Origin: Balanoglossus misakiensis
Lineage: Eukaryota > Animalia > Hemichordata
Direction: 5' to 3'
DNA: 64,000 nt
NCBI GenBank assembly: GCA_040954595.2
Contig: CM082597.2
Location: 5,337,244-5,401,243 of the forward strand
Made by a program: the position numbers and the translations under genes
Part shown: one piece after another, positions 60,092 to 64,000 of the stretch
How positions within the stretch are numbered: position 1 is the stretch's first letter
Layout: each line of letters opens with the position of its first letter
Notes under the pieces: generated by a model
Database searches by the model: none
What the model saw: only the letters and a program-made list of their open reading frames with translations
What the model was told of the DNA's origin: nothing

Positions 60092-63000
60092 ATGTTACTT
60101 AGAACATACAAGTACATGTTGTGCATTTCAGTTATTTCGATTATGCTGTTTTATTAGCTGCCACTTTATTTTGAGAAAACCGGAATGTGGCACGAATGAC
60201 CCCTTGACCTCTATCTATTACCCACAGTTCACTGTAAAAATGGACGACGCGCAGCTACTATGCTGAAAGTGTAGAACCATGTATTACCTTCATAAGCGCT
60301 CATGTCAGCCCGCAGCCATTCTTCATCAGGTTTTAATTTGTTGTCTTCAATATCTGTCTCAATCTGTTCCGGTTTCTTCCAGATCAGCGCAACAAAAAGC
60401 GCCAAAAGGATAACCTTAGCAGATGGAAAAGAGAGAGAAATTTATTGATGATGTAAGTATTTGTCTCTTGTTGTCAGATTACAGAAAACATAATTGATAC
60501 CACGTTTTGTTTCGATATTTGGTTGAAAAGTTCCATAAAAATGTGTCTCCTGAAGTTAAGAGGAACGAGCATTGATATTCCATAATCGCCCTCGAGAGAA
60601 CCACAGCAGATGTCACAAAAACTTGAGACTGTTCATATGTAATGTTTGAATATGTCTCACCTTGGCTGGCTGGACGAGCAGTAGTGATTCAAAGAAAGAC
60701 AGGAAAAACGCTATGAGCCACTGGGTTGATTTCTCGTGGCCCCACTCCATGCTGTAAAGAATTGTGAAGAAAGCCGAGGTGAAGCTGGACAGGAACACCA
60801 GTAACCAGGCCACGTAGACAAAGCCATATGGCAACATGAACGGAGGTTTCTCCTTCACCTTCCTGATTGCCGAGATGGAGGGCCGGATTATGCGGTTCGG
60901 GGTCAGCTCTTCCGTAGACGAGCTCGATGCCCAGCTGTCGTTCAACCCATGACCCCGTCGCGGGCTCGGGCTCAATCTGTCGAAATCGAAGTCCGCCGTC
61001 GAACCGTAGTCGCTGTCTTCGTCCGTGAAGTACGACCCTTTCAGCGACCTGTTCAGACTGGTCTCGTCGTCGATGGTTATGTTGAAAGCGGAGAGCGGCC
61101 GTCTGGTGGATTTAGTCTCTTTGAAGAGCCCCCATTTCTGGCTTCCCGCCGAGCCAGCCCTGGCCTTCTCGTACTTCCTGGCGACCTCGTTGTTGCAGGG
61201 CACATTGATCTGTGTACCCTTGTTGTGTTTGACATCTGATCTTGGGCTTTGTGGCGACACTTCCAGGACCGGTTTCGCTTTAGTCTTCCTGAAAAGTTGT
61301 ACCAACAACAAGCTTGGTGGAAACACGACAAGACTACTGACTACAGACACATACAGCTCCTTCAGGGAAAACTCCAAAGGTCCTGTAACAAAGAACAACA
61401 ACTATATTTTAAGGGCTTTTCTTCATCAGTCTTATATTTTACCACGTGACTCTGAATGCGTGTCTGATTGGGCATTTGAGTTGTTAAACATATAGGAAAA
61501 AATTACACTGGTGTGTCACCCACTTGGTGGTATCAAATCCCAACTGGTGTTTAAAAATCTTACCAAGACTGAACAGTTTGTCACTTGTGCCCGCTTTCTC
61601 ATTACTCGTTCGAAAGTATATGCAGCTGGCGATCATGGTTAAGTAGAGCAGCGAGAGACAACATGATAATCTCTGGACACGGGAGAAGTTGCTTCTGTTT
61701 GGTCTGGATACAACAGAAAACCAAATGTGTCCGTCTGTGAATTCTTTCCTCGTGGTGAACGAGAAAAGCTGGCTGAAGCGGATCATGTCTTCCTCGGAAG
61801 CAGCCGGAAGGAAGCGTTCAACCCGGCCGTCGCCTTTCTCAACTGCAAGCCATTTATCGCACAGGAAGGTGTACCTGGAAATGGATGTACAGTTATAAGA
61901 CTTTACCAGACAGAACCAGGGTTTCTAAAACGTCTACAAACAACAATATCAACCAACCAAGCAACTACCACCATCACCACCACCCTCCTCCTCCTCCTCC
62001 TCATCATCATCGATGTCGACGTCGTGATTATTAATTTGATTCATCCAACATTTTCTTAACACCAGGTAAAACCGGTTCTGTGTAGCAAATCATAGGTTGG
62101 AGAATTGACTGTTATGTACAAACACTTACTTGTCCTCTGTCTGGATATCGACGACTTCCACGCGACTCAGAAACCAGGATGCGGCTGTCCCCTTGCCTGA
62201 ATTGTCATGCCAGATCCGCAGAGATCTAAGTCGGCCAAGTGGACCGTGACATGCAATGATAAACTTGCTGATGCTTCCCTTTTCAAAAAGCTAAAAGGGA
62301 AAATGTGCGCATTTTAAAAATAAATTCCCAATTTCAGTGATGTTTGGAACTATAAAATTCATATTGAACTTATTGTTTAAATGAACATTTACTTTGAAAA
62401 CTTACCATATCAGTATCTCTCTCACCATCTTCCATCTTCCTGACGCCACAGTTCATGATACTCCCGAAGAGTGTGAACGATATTCTCGACTTGGTCCCAG
62501 AACCGATCTTGGTACCCGTATGAACGTTGATTTGATAGTAATACCTGTGATCTGGATCGTTATCGGCCAATGGCAACACTCCCCACTATGCAAATGAGAC
62601 AGACGAGACTTAACGTTGCAGATTATGATGTTGTAAACATCTCAATGCATTGTCATAAATTGGCAAGGCATGGTTATGTTTCGTGCAGAACCCACACGAA
62701 TAAACGTGTTATCGATTTGGATACCATAATGAAACATTTAGGTAGAATGTATACATATATCCTTGATTAAGTATGCACTTCATCTATTACAGATTGTGAA
62801 TAATGCAAAATGACAAAATTGGAATGCAGAAATAAAACAGAACTATGTTTTTTTTGAAAATCTGATAACTTGCTGGCTTTTGAGTAAGTTGCCATTCCAT
62901 TAACCCAAAGCCCAAAGTCAAATTTCTAGGAATTGTACAGTACCTTAATCAAATCCTTCTTGTCTGCTCGTCTGCACAGGACAACTCCAATCAGATAGAT

Positions 63001-63194
63001 GCCAAAGATAACAAAGATGACGGTAAACACGGAGGCATTCTCGCCAAGGTTGGCGAATTTCTGGAAAACTGTTCCAAAGTCTATAGTATTTGGAGGTACA
63101 AAGAAATCTGTGGCGAACGAAGTCAGGTGGTTGCACCCACAAACGGTGGTTGTGGTACTCGACCATTCCAAAGGCTGAAATGTAAAACACATCG

Positions 63195-63276
<82 letters not shown>

Positions 63277-64000
63277 GATGTTATCGTCGTGAGTGGGTGA
63301 GTGAGCGAGTGAGTGTGAGTGAGTGAGTTTTATGTCTGTACCAATGAATGGAAATGTTTTTTTACCTTACAACCATCCTTATTCCACGTGTCTGTCTTCT
63401 CATCCCAGTACTTACAACTCATTGTTGTTATTTGAAGCGAGAAATCAGGCCAGGTTATATTTCCTGATTCGCCTATTATAGGAAAAGGAAAACAATGGCA
63501 TACATGAAGTAACCTTGCCCATCACCACAAATTTATATTGTTTCATTTTCTTGTCACAGCATGTAAGAAGTTAAAGTCTGATTATCCTGATGGTGTTATC
63601 TATGTATCTGGGATATATTTTCAAATAATATGCTAGAGAGAAAAAAAGCTCCTCACAAGAGAAGCATTGGTAAGACTTTTGCTTCCGGTGTATACCATGT
63701 CTATTTGACATAAATAAAAACACTGAACAGCTAAAATCTACCTTGTTCGGTTGGAGGTTCGTCTGTGACGTCATTAGATGTATCTGCTAACCGTAGTATT
63801 CCCACGTGGTAGTCGCCACTCTCGTTGATCATGGACGCCGGAACGAACACAGTGTAGTTCCATTCATCTCTCAGCGACTCGTCGCCCATCCCATCCGGTA
63901 TCTCATCGAAATCATCTCTGGGTAGCTGTTGCGAGACGTTGAATTCTTGGAGAGTTGGACTGTATCTGTATCTCAGGTATACGGTGTAGTTCCACGGCGT
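54440..64000 (-). CDS. Polycystin-1-like (PKD1L2-type) protein, 3' part: GAIN/GPS, TM1, PLAT/LH2, polycystin domain, TRP-type channel TMs, C-tail; 5' end lies beyond the window
   Basis: Exons >64000-63742, 63472-63366, 63174-62944 (VCGCNHLTSFATDFFVPPNTIDF), 62585-62406 (YYYQINVHTG), 62290-62130 (LRIWHDNSG...WFL), 61874-61564 (HIWFSV...FSRVQRLSCC), 61382-60661, 60414-60288, 60024-59783, 58794-58617 (PRLRQLRV), 57981-57612 (YGGGGY...WLDTRSRAVILEFTVYN), 57285-57063, 56662-56560, 56340-55774 (ILLNMFI), 55532-55181, 54917-54440. Phases are consistent. Confidence 0.93.
60028..60093. repeat. (AAAT)n microsatellite forming the acceptor tract of a PKD1L intron
   Basis: Read directly from the sequence. 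Confidence 0.95.
63195..63275. repeat. (CAT)n microsatellite in a PKD1L intron
   Basis: Read directly; explains the poly-Met ORF 62945-63238. Confidence 0.95.

Noticed and set aside
62945-63238. Poly-Met ORF
   Set aside because: Translation of an intronic (CAT)n repeat, out of frame with the PKD1L exon.

Overview
Intron-rich, AT-rich animal genomic DNA. An invertebrate deuterostome such as a hemichordate is my inference, not established. Left to right: (1) the 5' part of SRPRA (minus strand), head-to-head with (2) a complete 8-exon USF bHLH-ZIP gene (plus); (3) a 17-exon, ~1418-aa minus-strand gene joining a degenerate GT4/GT-B glycosyltransferase-like domain, 12 symmetric charged micro-exons, a TRADD-N-like domain, a helical linker and an NHL propeller; (4) transcribed divergently from it, a tandem array of four cGAS-like (Mab21/cGLR) nucleotidyltransferase genes; (5) a 5-exon secreted QPD-type C-type lectin with a solo LTR and a Penelope fragment in its introns; (6) the 3' part of a polycystin-1-like (PKD1L) gene (minus). 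MITEs and satellites are frequent. The main finding is the cGLR array. All four genes share the same two core exons, but each is spliced to a different small first coding exon that the ORF track does not link to the gene. These give two predicted N-myristoylated enzymes (MGATPSK, MGAQQSQ), one with a signal peptide, and one signal-anchored copy with a degenerate active site. ISRE-like and NF-kB motifs and the divergent pseudo-GT4/TRADD-N/NHL gene suggest a compartment-diversified innate immune locus. All gene models were built by hand from splice sites and reading-frame phases; no database searches were run.
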